DNA of 64,000 nt. Origin: Eledone cirrhosa (taxonomy: Eukaryota). Within the stretch, counting starts at the first letter, position 1, and each line of letters opens with the position of its first letter. Location: assembly GCA_964016885.1 (NCBI GenBank), contig OZ024744.1:106516001-106580000 (forward strand). Direction: 5' to 3'. Below the pieces are notes generated by a model. That model had not been told where the DNA came from and did not search any database. It was given only the letters and a program-made list of their open reading frames with translations. Of this stretch, positions 48,400 to 62,035 are shown one piece after another. The position numbers were made by a program, and so were the translations under genes.

Positions 48400-51094
48400 A
48401 AACACTGAGAACTGTGTACATGAAATAACCACATTCATCAGAACCTCAAAACTCTTGAAAGTATCGACCAGCTTGATCTCAATAGACACAAAGGAGCTTA
48501 TGACAATGTGGTTCATGACACTCTAGTAACAAATTTACACAAATTTGAAATCCCCAAATTTCTTTCTAACTGGATTAAAAACTTTCTCACTCATCATAGT
48601 ACAAGACTGACAGGGACTGCCAGTCTCACCCATACTCTTTCTATATTACACAACGGACTTGTTTACATCTCTAAATAAAATTGTAGAAATATCAGGTTTT
48701 GCAGTTGATGTCAACTTATATACTTCATCTAGTGTCATCATCAACAACAAAACCAAATTATGCACAGCCCTATCAACTGCAACTGAATGGGCAGAAGAAA
48801 ATAGCCAACAAGTTGATCCCTCTAAAACACAATTAGTTCCTTTCTATAATCCTGAACCTACCAATTATACTGGTCAACACACTTTTTGTTGACTTAGGTT
48901 TTGTTGTTGCTTTTAGCTAATTTTGAGGTACTGATTTCAAATATGGCATCCATTTTCCCCCCTAACACATCAGGTTTTCATTCTATAGCACATCCATATT
49001 TTATTATGAACAGTATGAATAATATAATTTACTTAGGGTGGATTACTAAGTCTTATAGCTTGAAACCATAAGTTAAAATGTCAATAGAATCTGATATGAT
49101 AGATGAAATATAAGATCACCTTTTATTTAATATATCTTGTTAATTCTTAAATAAAATGGATAAAGCACAATTGTACACTAACCAACATATTCATGGAACA
49201 AATTTTCGCTTACGAGAGCACCTGGTTTGTTTAATGTCTACACAGTCTCTTTGAATACTCAAACAGTAGTCTGTCATCATGTGTGTTCCATCTACCTTGA
49301 TATCTCTCCTCCATAACCTTGATATCTTGATGGAAGCACTTTCTCTGCTCATGTCTCCAAGATTAGCAGGAAATTTGAGATGGCTCTTGATGAAATGAAT
49401 CTATCAAGCAATGTCTCCACCAAATCCTTGTAGTTTGCAACCTTTTTGCATCCCCAAATCCTTTCACAACAGACACAAATGAATCCCATGCTCTTTTTCT
49501 ATGCCAGTCATCGAGCTCGAGAAGTTTTGGCATTTCATCAACTTTCCAATTTGTGTCCCGTCAAAAACACCAGCCTTTATTTTATTATAACTTAGGCCAG
49601 GAAATGTTGTACATATCACTCTCCACATTAAGAGCTTTGATAAACTGTTTCATTAGTCCTAGTTTAATATGAAGAGGTGGGAAGATTTTGGTGTATGATA
49701 TTCTTCCCAACAGTCAATCTTTTTCTAACTGACCAGTGCTTCTGTTCCCAATGTTTATCTTTTGCTCAACTATCCCATTAACACAGGAAACACAGATATT
49801 TTGTATACCCCCCTTGTTGGCCAAGTAAAAAGTTGACCATTTTCAGATCCACACATATGTCCCATTTGTGTTCAGCATACTTGAGTAAATCTAATATAGT
49901 TGCACAGAGTGACCAATAGGAATTGCAGCTATCAAGTTTCCATTATAGAGTAATAGACATTTTAGACACTTTTTTTAACTATCTATAAAGAGTCTCCATT
50001 CATGAGAATCATACTGTAGAGCACCCATTGCTTTTAACAGTCATTGCTTTTAACAGTCTCGCCTCATCATAACAGTAAACAAAATCTTTTTTAGTTTTAA
50101 AGAATGCCAAGAAATCTTTTTCCTTGTTCCGATAAAAAGTTACATTTGTTTCTTTCTGCAGCATATTCTTCTCTTTAAGTCTAACTCTTTTGACAGGCCT
50201 AAGTCTCTAACTAAATCATTCAGTTTTACCTGGTTGAAGTTCTCATGTTCCTTGGTTGCTGTAACTACAATGACTGTATCACTGTTATGTTCATGATTTT
50301 CATCTCATACACATATATCACTTTCATCTTCTAGTGAAGGTACTGAGTGAAGCACAGAACAAATACTGAATCTAGTTTTGGTTAACTTATTTTCTGTTGA
50401 GGTTTCTTCCTATAACCAGAAGTCTTTGTGAAACAAAAGTAGTAATCTTTACATGAGAGAAAAAAGTATTGTCATTTTTAAACTCAATGGTCCCAAATTA
50501 CTCAAGAACAGGTCTTAAATTTAGGTCAGCAAATAAAAAGCAAAAGTGTTTGACCAGAGTTATCAGTGCAATGAAATATACTTGATGAACCAACTACTGA
50601 TACCACAAAAATCCATCAAGATACTAGGCATTAGGTTACAATCTGACTTGAAATGGGAAACTCATCTCAAACACACACTGATAAAAATGACTTCAACATG
50701 GCATGCAATTAAAGTAATTTCAAAGAAATTCCACTTCTAACCTTATAACCACTTGAGATTCTATAATAAGGGAGTCATCAACACTCAATTGTTGTATAGC
50801 AGCTGGGTTTGGGGACATATAAGTAATAGCTACCTTGAAGCTATTGACAGGTTCCGTACCCAAATTGGCAAAACCATACTGGGATGTCTAAGATTTACTC
50901 TCAAGATAACGATTTTTCATGAAGCAGGGTTAACCCCAACTCACTTGTTGATAGAAGAGTCCAGGAAACACAAATTGTTAACTGCTCAATTTAAATGCAA
51001 AAGAAAACAGCATGATACTTGGCTTCCTCTGTGGGTAGAACAATTAAAATCATTTAAAATAATGATTAAAAACACAAAAGAGGAAGCAAAATAA
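48400..51094 (+). mobile_element. Old LINE RT relic (I/Jockey-group-like), split by a DNA transposon
   Basis: AYDNVVH..NWIKNFL, FAVD (degenerate YADD), PSKTQ, then IKILGI..LKWETH after the insertion. Confidence 0.7.
48868..50559 (-). mobile_element. Chapaev3-like (CMC) DNA transposon relic
   Basis: Minus-strand motifs DLKMVNFLLGQQGGYTK..CFLC, PPLHIKLGLMKQFIKAL, IKAGVFDG. TIRs (t)actggtcaacacacttt / aaaagtgtttgaccagag, with a 3-bp TTA TSD at 48865-67 and 50560-62. Confidence 0.8.
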
Positions 51095-51780
51095 GTCCAT
51101 AATACTATCATCATCATTTTACGTCCGTTCTTCCACGCTAGCATGGGTTAGACAGGTTGTCCTGTTGTGGGCAGTGTCCAGTCGTCTGACCTTGTCTTGC
51201 TCATACTGGAACTGATTCTAGCTTGATTTCTACAGCTGGATGCCCTTCCTGTCACCAACCTCAACAGTCAATCTCTTTTAACAGCTGGGGCACAGATCCC
51301 TGTTAGCCTGCAGTAAACAAGACAACTTATCTGTATTGGAATCATGGTGGATTGTTCTCAATAGTGGTGAATAAATAAACTGAAATTGTAGGGTTGAAAG
51401 GACCCTGCTGTCCTGTCAAGAACTTGACAACCTCTCTAGTGTTGACCAATGCCTTGTAAGGGAAATTTAGTAGACAAAAACTGCAAGGAAGCTCATTGTA
51501 TGTGTGTGTGACAAGTACTCGACTCAATATGATTGAATATATTTTTTCAAGGTGGTGCCACATGATCGCAGTCTAATGACTGAAACAGGTAAAGGAGTAC
51601 TGGAATATATATATATATATATATATATATGTTTGTGTATATCATCATCATCATCATTTTACATCCGCTTTTCCCTGCTTGCAAGGGTGGGACATAGAAA
51701 TTTCGTATTTCTAAAGAAATACGGTTTTAGGAAGCCGTAGCTATGCAAACACCCTCTGGTGGTGTCCAGCAGAAGCAAGG

Positions 51781-51833
51781 GGGACAACTGTTTATGCATT
51801 TCAGGCTTGACTGGCCTTCTTCAGGACGGTCCC
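51781..51833 (-). ncRNA. Minimal hammerhead motif (distinct sequence family)
   Basis: Minus strand: GGGACCGTC-CTGAAGA-AGGC(CAGTCAA)GCCT-GAAA-TGCA-TA^AACAGTTGTCCC. Intact core, palindromic stem III, imperfect stem I. Confidence 0.65.
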
Positions 51834-52319
51834 TCCCACCGCTTGCTACTATATATATCATCATCATCATTTTATGTCCGCTTTTTCCCTGCTTGCAAGG
51901 GTGGGACGGGAACTGATTCTGGCTTGATTTCTACAGCTGGATGCCCTTCCTAACACCAACCTCATTTACAGTGAGTGCTGGGTGCTTTTTTTTACGTGGC
52001 ACCTACACGTCCACTTTACAGTGTGGGCTGAGTAAACTGGAGCAATGTGAAATAAAGTGTCTTGCTCAAGGAAACAACACATCACCCAGTCGTTTCCTTG
52101 AGCAAGACACTTTATTTCACATTGCTCCAGTTTACTCAGCTGTAGAAATGAGATGATAGGGACTGGGGTCCCTATCATTCCACTGCAAAGTGGTCGTGGA
52201 ATGATAGGTATAAAAGATATATCAATTGAGAAGCAACTAGTATTTAAACATATATACAAAACAAATACTATATAAATTTAAATACATACTTCTCCATGTT
52301 AAAAAGGACTACAGTCTCA

Positions 52320-53202
52320 TAGACATCTGTGAACAGCAATGCTACATGGAAGTAAAACCTGGACACTGTGTGCCGAGGATCTGCATAGATTGGAAAGAAA
52401 TGAAGTTTGCATGTGTAACGTAAAGTGTAAATGTATTGAGAGAAAAACAGGGCATAAGAGGGATCAAAGGATGTGCAGGAGAGAAAACTGTGATGGTATG
52501 GACATGTGATGCGTATGAAAGATGATGGCTGTATAAAAAGATATGGGGTGTTCAAGTTGTAGGAAGAGGACAATGTGGGATGAAATGATAAAAGCTGAAC
52601 CTCTTGATGGAGATGACACAGGGCCAAGACCTCTGGTTCTATGACAGAAGACCCAAGCTGACAACCCAGTCCAGCCCACACTGTAAACATGGTTTGTGCT
52701 TAGGAAGAGCATCCAGCAGTTGTAAAATCCCAGCCAAAACACGGTTCCACTATGAGCAAGGTACAGTACAGCCAACTGGCCAGACCTCTCTTGTGATGGT
52801 ACCACCCAGTTACCCACTGTAACTGTGGTTGGTGTAAGGAAGGGCATCAAACAGTCATAAAAACCCAGCCAAAATACAGGTTGCACTATGAACAAGGATT
52901 GACATGGCCAACTAGCCAGGTCTACTTTATTGTGGGTTCACCCAGCTCCCAACTATGAATCTGCTTATGAGCAGGGTATGGTGTGGCCAACTGGCCAGAC
53001 CCCTTTCATAACAGAGCCACCCAGTTCCACACTGTACACATGGTTGGTGTTAGGAAGGACAACCATCTGTAAAAAAAACAGTCAAAATACAATTCTGTTT
53101 AAGTAAGGTATGGTGTGGCCAACTGACCAGACATGCCTCATAACATGGACAACACTTCTAACCCATGGAAGAATAAGACATTGAACAGTGATGATGATGA
53201 TG
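52320..53202 (+). mobile_element. Degenerate RTE 3' part with repeated 3' UTR modules
   Basis: Decayed HGSETW and WYGHVMRM region followed by several ggtgttaggaagggcatc-type modules and an ATG tail. Confidence 0.75.
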
Positions 53203-53368
53203 TTCTATATATATGTACATAATGCTAGTTTTTGTTTCTCAACTTGAACATTTTTTTTTATATATACTTATATATATATATATGTGTAGAAGTTATATTT
53301 AATTTGTTGGGATACAACAAGCAAATATTTTTATAACTGATATAAAGCACTCAAATTATTGGAGTAAA

Positions 53369-53730
53369 TATACAATATATTAACAAATGGAAACTATTTA
53401 TAAAACCATATTTATTTCATTATGCATATTTCAAGGACACCACAGCAAATTATGGTGCGTTTTCATCAGATAAAATATAATATAGATCAGTTTTATAAAC
53501 AAATACTGACATAACCTTAAAGAATGCGACCATGTCGGTTGGAGGCTCCCGGATAGACTATCCGGGAGCCTCCAACCGACATGGTCGCATTCTTTAAGGT
53601 TATGTCAGTATTTGTTTATAAAACTGATCTATATTATATTTTATCTGATGAAAGCGCACCATAATTTGCTGTGGTGTCCTTGAAATATGGTTTTATAAAT
53701 ATAGTTTCCATCCGTTAATATATTGTGTAT
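53369..53730. repeat. ~360-bp palindrome centred at 53557 (PLE-end derived, HHR in arms)
   Basis: Centre ccggatag-a-ctatccgg; arms near-identical except for a ~20-nt deletion. Confidence 0.92.
53413..53477 (-). ncRNA. Type-I hammerhead ribozyme (left arm of palindrome)
   Basis: Minus strand: TATTTTAT-CTGATGA-AAACGCACCATA/TGTGGTGTCCTT-GAAA-TATGCA-TA^ATGAAATA. The plus-arm copy (53637-53690) has lost stem III and the cleavage site by deletion. Confidence 0.78.
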
Positions 53731-54074
53731 ATATATATATATATTGCAATTGAAAGATTGTGCATTCAATTCTCAGACCGGGTGATGTGTTGTTTCCTTG
53801 AGCAAGACACTTCATTTCACATTTCTCCAGTTTACTCAGCTGTAGAAATAAGATGATAGGGACTGGGGTCCATATCATTCCACTGTAAAGTGGTCGTGGA
53901 GGTGCCATGGCAAAAAAGCACCCAGGCTGGTGTTAGGAAGGGCATCCAGCTGTAGAAATCAAGCCAGAATCAGTTCCCTTCCCACCCTTGCAAGCAGGGA
54001 AAAGCAGACGTAAAATGATGTATAAGTATATATTAAAAAAAAATGTTCAAATATGTATATATATATATATATAT

Positions 54075-55400
54075 AACCCTCATAGCCAAATCTATGGTAG
54101 ATTTACAGAAGAAATTCCTGACCTGGAAGAATAGCAAATATTAAAGTCCTAGTCAATAGAAAGGAAAGAGAGTAATGGCCTTGCTCAGTGAGCGAGAAAG
54201 GAGTAGAAATTTCATCCTATGTCCCAAATACAACAAAAGGTATAGAAGAGATGTAGTGGGATCTCAGGCTAGCAAAGAACGTGGGTTTTGTATGTGGTAG
54301 ACGCTCAAGAGCAGTAAGGTCACAGGAAACAAACCCTAATAAATGCTCAGAGGCTCTATAGAAGTAGTTGATAGCTTCTGTTACCTGAGTCACCAAATAA
54401 GCAATGGAGGTGGGTGTTCTAAAAAAAATGCAATAACCAGAATAAGAACGAGAGTTCAGGGAACTACTCCCACCACTAACTACAAAAGGTTTTTCCCTCA
54501 AAATGAAAGGCAGATTATTTGAAACCTGTGTAGAAACAGCAATGTTGCATGGAAGTGAGACCTGGACATTGTATGCAGAGGACCTATGGAGATTGGAAAG
54601 TAATGAAGCTTACATGTTCCGATGGATGTGCAATAGTAATATACATGAACAGCAAAGAGGGGTCAGATGCAGTGTGTAGAAGAGGAGATTGAGGTGGTAT
54701 GGACATGTGATGTGGATGAGGGATAACAACTGTATGGAAATTATGGAAGAGGAAGAGTTGGGATGAAGTGATAAAAGCTGACCTTGCACAATTATACTTC
54801 TCGCGACTGAGATCTCTGGTATTATGCTATTCTACAGAAAACCCACCTTCCCATGAACACAACACTAAACAAACATGTAGAAGTCATTAGCCCACATCAT
54901 AAACAAACATGTAGAGGACATTATCCCACATCAATCATCTTCCTACTCCTTTCCCATTCACCCTCCCCTGTCATAATACCCCACCCTCACCAACTAAATA
55001 CACCACTTACCTTATCCCTGTCCATCTTCCATACTCCTTCTCCTCTCCTGTCCTGTTCAACCCATGCATACAAACATGGAAAGCTGGACATGCTCCAAAT
55101 CTGTTCCCCTTCCCATAATGCTGCTGCCTCAACAAAAAAAGCACTTAGTCCACCCTGTATGGCAATCTGGTGACACAACAAAAGCACCCATTCTATCCTG
55201 TAAGATGGTTGTGCTGATAACATGACAAAAGGCAGCACCTAATCCACTCACAGGGCTCCTAGTCCACCCTGTATAGTGGTCATGCTGGTGACATGAGAAA
55301 AAAGCCCCTCATCCAACCTGTAAGGTGGGGAGCAGGTGACAATACAAAGAACGTATAACCCATGCAAGACTGTAAAAATGGACGTTAAACAGTGATGATA
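54075..55400 (+). mobile_element. Degenerate RTE LINE
   Basis: Homologous to 2280-3737. Confidence 0.8.
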
Positions 55401-55864
55401 TATAGATATATGTCATCATCATCACCATCATCATCATCATCACGATTTAACATCTATTTTTCCAGGCTTGCATGGGCTAGACAGTTGTCATGTTATCAGA
55501 CAAGTCAGGTTAGGTGACCACATCCTGCTCATACAAAACTGTATTTTGGTTCGGTTTATGCAGCTGGATGCCCTACCTAATGCCAACCACCTTATAGGGT
55601 GGACTGGGTACTTTTTATATTGGCTCCAGCACAACTGTCCTACAGGCATGATGGACTGGGTGTTTTGTTGTTGTAGCACCAAATAGCTATATGGGGTGGA
55701 CATTGTGGGTGGGGAGTTATGCATGGTTTGGCAGGAGGGGTTTATGAGGAGTAAGGGCTGGGGTGGAAAAAGTTTGTAATAGGTGAGGTACATGGGTTAT
55801 TTAACTGGTGAGGGGTGATGTGGGATGGAATATTAAAGCTGGTGTGAAGTAAAGATCAGAATAT

Positions 55865-56690
55865 ATATATATATAAATAGAGTTTTGACAGTTAATTATA
55901 TAAAAAATTTCCTCAATACACAAATGAAAGATTCTTGAGAAAGCCATATTTCAGTATGCAAGTGCTTTTGAAATCATTCGCTAAGATATTGAATACCTAG
56001 TCTATATGGTTGTCCTTTAAATTCCAAATTAGATGTAAAACTGAAGTGGAAGATTTTTTATCGGACCTATTAAATGTATGTTTGTGGTTGTACCAGCGTT
56101 CTTTGAATGTTGTAGAAGTGGCACCTATATAGTTAAATATTTTGTCTCTAGTTTTAACTGGGCATTTATAAATTACGTTTTTGTCTAAGCAATTATTTTG
56201 TAAAGGGCAGTTTGATTTAATTCTACAGTTACATTTTCTGGAGTTGTTGTAACTATGAACGGTATTATTATTATGAATATTGTGAATATTATTATTATGA
56301 ATATTGTGGAGGTGCCACGGCAAAAAAGCACCCAGCCCACACTGTAAAGTGGACGTGTAGGCGCCACGAAAAAGCACCCAGCACTCACTGTAAATGAGGT
56401 TGGTGTTAGGAAGGGCATCCAGCTGTAGAAATCAAGCCAGATCAGTTCCTGTATGAGCAAGGCATGGTCAGCCGACCAGACACTGCCCACAACAGGACAA
56501 CCCGTCTAACCCATGCTAGCGTGGAAGAACGGACGTAAAACGGTGATGATGATGATGATGATGATTGTTATTAGAAATATTATTATTGTTATCTTGGTTT
56601 GTTATCTTAGGGTTTAAATTTAAGTTTCTATTATTCATTCTATTTATATTTTGTGCTATGTTCATAGTAGAAGAGTAATAATACTTATAC
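55865..56690 (-). mobile_element. Penelope-like GIY-YIG relic interrupted by an RTE 3'-end insertion (56289-56565, +)
   Basis: CNCRIKSNCPLQNNCLDKNVIYKC..YIGATSTTFKERWYNHKH; YSSTMNIAQNI upstream. Confidence 0.85.
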
Positions 56691-57161
56691 TTGCACAATT
56701 ATTAATCTATATAGATATTTATATACTTACAACCTGTTTCAATGTAATAAGATAAAATGTACTTATAACTATAATTATTCATATAATCTAATTGATTATA
56801 TATATAATATTATAACTCATAATATAGCTAAATATTTTTTTTAATTCTGGAATCATATTCCACCATTCCTACAAACTGTTAATTCTTTTTAAATTCACGT
56901 AAATACAAGCTCTTCCTTCTTTCTCTTTCTTCTTCCTACACATACATGCATATATCCTAATAATTATTTAAATCTACCTAGCGTCTAAAAATAACGTTTT
57001 TTTTTCAGCCCTACACCTCAACCTCATTTTTATACTCATCTTAATAATTTGAAATATTTGACTTTTCTTCTCTTTCCCTTCTTTCCCTTTACTATCCAGG
57101 AAAAACTTGAACCGTTAAGATCTTCTTCCTTCATATGTCAATATTTATAAAACAAACTTTG

Positions 57162-57222
57162 TATTTTATCTGATGAGTGAGTACCAAAGTTTTGGTACCC
57201 TTGAAATATTAATAATAGAATA
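57162..57222 (+). ncRNA. Type-I hammerhead ribozyme at the end of a PLE-like AT-rich 3' region
   Basis: TATTTTAT-CTGATGA-GTGAGTACCAAA/TTTGGTACCCTT-GAAA-TATTAA-TA^ATAGAATA. Same family as the 5.2-5.4 kb copies, but with an intact core. Confidence 0.78.
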
Positions 57223-57376
57223 AATATGGTTTTATAAATATAGTTTCCATTTATTTAATATCATTGATATTATACTCCAGAAAACCTGTTGAGTGCTTCA
57301 AATCAGTTATAAACATAAATATTTGTTGAATTACCAACAAATTAAATATCCCTTTTGCTTATAGCTTATATATATA

Positions 57377-57722
57377 TAATGGAAACTCGATTCACAAACT
57401 TAGTTCGTTCCTGAAAGCTGTTCATCACCCAAAATATTAGTAAACTGAAACTATTGTTCCCATACAAAATGTTGAGAGAGAAATACAGTGAAAGAGAGAG
57501 AGATTGTGTGTGAAAGACAGATAGATATCACCATAGTAACTAACTACACAGCAAGTGACACTTTCCCATGAGTACTTCAAGCTTGTTGCCAACTAATGAT
57601 GCCAGTTTACATGTTTGTTACTCGAGACTCTATTTGTGAACCGAGATGTTTTATGATCAGAAAAATTGTTTGTGAACCAATTTGTTCATGATGAGAGATG
57701 TTCGTGTATGAAGGTTCCATTG
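57377..57722. mobile_element. Tc1/mariner (Tigger/pogo-like) MITE
   Basis: Ends (t)aatggaaactcgattcac / gtgtatgaaggttccattg in a TA context; internal ttcgt/gaac sub-repeats. Confidence 0.6.
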
Positions 57723-57919
57723 CAATATGGGTAGATGTATATACATGTATAGATATATACATATATTACTAGATGGGGGCAATGTCATCTCCCTCTTTCT
57801 GTCACACACACACACTCCCTCTCTCTAAATAAATGACGTTCCTTTTCTCTCTCTATCTATGTACACCTCTTTTGCTTTGTACTCCCTCCTTCTATATAGA
57901 TATTTTTAGCCTTGCCCCA

Positions 57920-58900
57920 TAGACCATGACTATAGACAAATATTTAATAGACATACAGTGAAAATTGGCTACACCTGCATGGAAAATATGAAAACCCAAA
58001 TCGCCAAAAAGCCAGAATCATGCCCTCTGGATCAGCAATGCAATATACCCGCAGTGATATATGAAGTGGCGGTAACCGCCATCTAACCAAACTAGCAGCA
58101 GCATGTCAGGACATATGTGAATTTGTGGGAAGGTCACTTCAAAAGCCACTTCCTAAACTACAAAATGAATTTTCAGCACTCAGATAAACAAACAGCCATG
58201 AAGCTGGCAAGTCAAGTCTGATCCCTTAAGGATACAGATGCAAACTTTTCCAGTAAATGGAAAATTCTGGAAAGATCAAGTCCTTACCTGAACGGTAAGA
58301 AGACATGTAAATTGTGTAACAATGAGCGATGGAATATTTTAAGATGGTTGCCTACTACGAAAACATGCCTAAATATGAGAGCTGACTTTTTCAACCACTG
58401 TCTACACGTTTAAATACATCCTCCATAATTGGAAGAACCCTGGATAACAACTAAACAGTCACAAACTACAACCTGACACTCTAAGCTTATTTCACCCCAC
58501 ACTATAAAACTTACTCTTCTATATTATCTTTCTGACACACCAAGAACCACAAAAAAGTTGTACTTCCTACAAAGTTCTAAGCTTTATAATATCTATCTAA
58601 CAGTCAAGAAACTTTTTTGATTTATGGTTGGGAAATCTATTATGTGGGCTAGATCTTTCCAGCCCATATAATAGATTTTCCAACTATAAGTATGAAAAAA
58701 TTACTGTTATTTTGCACACGTCAAGAAAGAGTTACACTCCTTATTTAACTTACAATCAAACCTTTTCCACCAAGTTCCCTTTCCAGCAGAACTTTAATCT
58801 TCACATCCATAAGAAATATGTCGAACTGATGAGCTGACAAAGTAATAATTTCCTCAATGAAACATATGTATTTAAGAGAGGATAATGTGAATTTAACCAA
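57920..58900 (+). mobile_element. Penelope-like relic (GIY-YIG, 3' UTR, HHR)
   Basis: CPLDQQC..VIYEV..KWKILERSSPYLNGKKTCKLCNNE in decayed frames; HHR at 58826. Confidence 0.75.
58821..58875 (+). ncRNA. Degenerate hammerhead downstream of a PLE endonuclease relic
   Basis: CTGATGA (58826)...GAAA-CATATG-TA; palindromic stem III, decayed stems I and II. Confidence 0.55.
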
Positions 58901-59529
58901 ATTTTATATACAATGACTTGTCCCTCAGACTGAGTGCTCTGCCAACTTTGTATATATTTTTTACGAAATCCACTACACACACACACACACATATATATAT
59001 GAAGTATTTCCATAGGAAAGGTAAAGGAAAAGAGAGTGCTCTATGTAGGCTACAGAGGAAACCTTTGGTGAATAATTATCTTATGTTGTTTATTACATAA
59101 CTATATATATATATATATATAAATATATATACACATTTATTTGGACACCCTTTGCATTTAGCTGTGCTAATATCATTAGGACATGAAGACACGTGGTTTC
59201 TAGCCAAGTTATACGCTATGGTAAAATAAGTAGCCAGATAAATGTTTTTACAGAGGATGTTTAATAAACTTTTAAAACACATGGTAGGACAGGGATACAA
59301 AGAGAAATTTCTAATATGGCGTTTTTGTAAGAGCCTCGGCACTAATAAGGAGATTTTTTGAAAATTTTGGGTTATTTCTAGTTTGTAAGATAAGGTACAT
59401 AGGACTTTGAAATTTAACGTATTTGCCTTAAGCTCAATTTATTTAAGAAAGATTTTTTTTAAATACTTTGGGACGGGGGGGAGTTTCCTTTGGAAAGTAT
59501 ATGGCCGGAATTTACGTTAAACGAAGATG

Positions 59530-59890
59530 ATCATACGCAAAAGATGAGCTGCTTGAAATCTGCCAAAAGACCTTCAAAAGAGATGTACTGTTAATCTGGA
59601 GAAAAGGAGGAATAGTAACTCTACCCAAGAAGGCTGACTTGGGATATACAGCAAATTACAGAGGAATTACTTTGTCAGTAGTTGTCTACAACAGAATGCT
59701 ACTAAGCAGAATAAGACCACATCTAGACAGGAAACTTGGAATAAATCAAAATGGTTTCAGACAGAATAGATCAACTATCTCACAAATATTGACACTGTGG
59801 AGGCTACTAGGCGTCAGATCAAAGAACCTGAAAGCTGTACTAACTTTCACTTCAAAACAGGCCTTTGACTACATCCATTACATTTTGAGA
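59530..59890 (+). mobile_element. RTE-like LINE RT fragment (second family)
   Basis: LPKKADLG..NYRGITL..NQNGFRQNRSTISQIL. Confidence 0.8.
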
Positions 59891-59972
59891 GAGGGGGGGG
59901 GGGGCAGGAGAGGGGGGGAAAGGGCAGGGGAGGGAGGGAGGGAGAGGGAGAGGGGAGGGTGAGAAAAAGAGA

Positions 59973-60366
59973 AAAGGTGTATTGGTATGTTTTGTAGTAT
60001 GTCTGACCTTTGGCTTTTTCCCTATCTTCTGGATCTTGTAGTTTTGTTGCAGATTCCTGAAAATAGAGAAATAGGGTTAGTGTGGTGAGTACACCCCTGT
60101 CATGACAAAACCAAACAGAAAGTGGTGGAAGTCAACCAGGGAAGGGTTCCTCCTACAGGAGTGAGAAGGACAGGGTATTTCAAGGTTAGGAATTTGTTTT
60201 CAAATACAAACCAAAAACAATGCATTCTGCTTTAACTTTAAAGAAGAATGCATTGTTTGGGATTTGGATTTGAAAACAAAATCCTAACCTTGAAATATCA
60301 TGAAATAATTTGGGAAAAACATTTTGTTTTGGTTTATTTGTCATCCTTTAACCCAATACCACCTTT
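59973..60366 (-). mobile_element. Second copy of the ~400-bp MITE-like element
   Basis: Ends AAAGGTGTATTGG / CCAATACCACCTTT; reverse complement of 11161-11565. Confidence 0.78.
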
Positions 60367-60460
60367 GTATATATATATATCATTGTTTAACGTTTATCTT
60401 TCACACTAGCATGGGTTAGACCGGTTTCTCCCATTTGAGGCAAGTTAAGTCATATATATA

Positions 60461-62035
60461 TCATCATCATCATCATTTTACGTCCGCATTTCCCTGCTTG
60501 CAAGGGTGGGACGGGTCTTATTCAGCACAGCATCTCTCCACTCGTCACGGTCCCTCGTCATCTCCACCGTGAGCTTCAATGATCTGAGGTCTGTTCTCAC
60601 CACCTCCGCCCATGTTTTTCGTGGTCTACCTCTACCACGTCTTCCTTCAACTGGCAATTCCTGGCACTTCTTCACCCATCGGTCATCCTCCATGCGCATC
60701 ACATGTCCATACCACCTCAGTCTCCTCTCCCGTACACTACATTCTATCCCTCTCAGACACAGTTTCTCTCTCAACACATTTATGCTGGGTCGTTCACGCA
60801 CATTTACACTGCACATCCAACGGAGCATGCTTGCCTCATTTCTCTCCAGCCGTCGCATATCCTCTGCAGTTGTTGCCCATGTCTCACTACCATGCAGCAT
60901 CGCGCTCCTCACACAAGCATCATACAACCGGCCTTTCGTACGCAGGGAGAAACCCTTCTTTGTCAACAGAGGAAGCAGCTCCCTAAACTTCTTCCAACCC
61001 GTCCTTATTCTAGATACTATGGCCTCGGAACACCTTCCTCCCATGCTAATCTGATCTCCTAGGTACCGGAAGCTATCCACCACTTCTATAGCACCCTCTT
61101 GCATTTGAAAAATGTGTCTATCAGTGCGACTGCTACTGTCTAATTTCCCTGTACATCTACTGCATACATATTTCTCCCTACCTGTTAGTTTGCCTGCTAT
61201 CCCGCTACATCTCTTGTGTACCCAGGATCTGCATTGTGTGCATTTTATAGAATTTATGCCAGTTCCTTTTCTGCATATCGAACATGGCCATTTCCCTGAC
61301 GGAATCAGGGTTTTGTCCTCTTTTCTACTCATCAACACTTTTGTCTTAGCTAGATTCACTCTCAGTCCTCTTGCTTCCAACTACTGTTTCCATAGCCAGA
61401 ATTTATTCTCTAGCTCCTCTACTGATTCTGCTATAAGAACCAGATCGTCAGCGTACAGAAGTTCCCATGGACAGCCAGTCTTAAACTCCTCTGTTATGGC
61501 TTGGAGGACTATAATGAACAAGAGCGGGCTGAGGACCGAACCCTGATGTACTCCTACTTGTATCTGGAATTCCTCACTAAACTCCATTCCTACCCTGACT
61601 TTACTGAGAGTACCTCTGTACAAAGTTTGCACTGTCCTCACAAGCCATTCCTCAACACCTAGTTTCCTTAGGGACCACCAGATGACAGATCGGGGTACCC
61701 TATCAAAGGCCTTCTCTAGATCAACAAAGGCTAAGTATAGTGGCTTATTCTTCTCTAAGAACCTCTCTTGCAATTGTCTCACCAAGAAGAGGGCATCTGT
61801 TGTACTCTTCCCAGGCACAAAACCAAACTGCATCTCATCTAGTTTGACCCTTTCTCTAATTAGTTGTGCTAAAATCCTTTCTGCCACTTTCATAACCTGA
61901 TCTATCAGTTTTATACCCCTATAATTGCTCCTCTCCAAAGCATCCCCTTTACCTTTGTAGCAATTTATGAGAATACTGCTGCACCAGTCTTTGGGTATGA
62001 CACCACCATATATAGCCTGATTGATGATGCGTGAT
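60461..62035 (-). mobile_element. RTE LINE, 5'-truncated, nearly intact RT (single in-frame TAG at 61381-61383)
   Basis: ORFs 61381-62073 and 60478-61380 are one frame: YKGKGD, NYRGIKL, FVDLEKAFDRVP, QG, YADD, PHD-like finger, FRYLG; (ATG)n tail. Confidence 0.96.
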
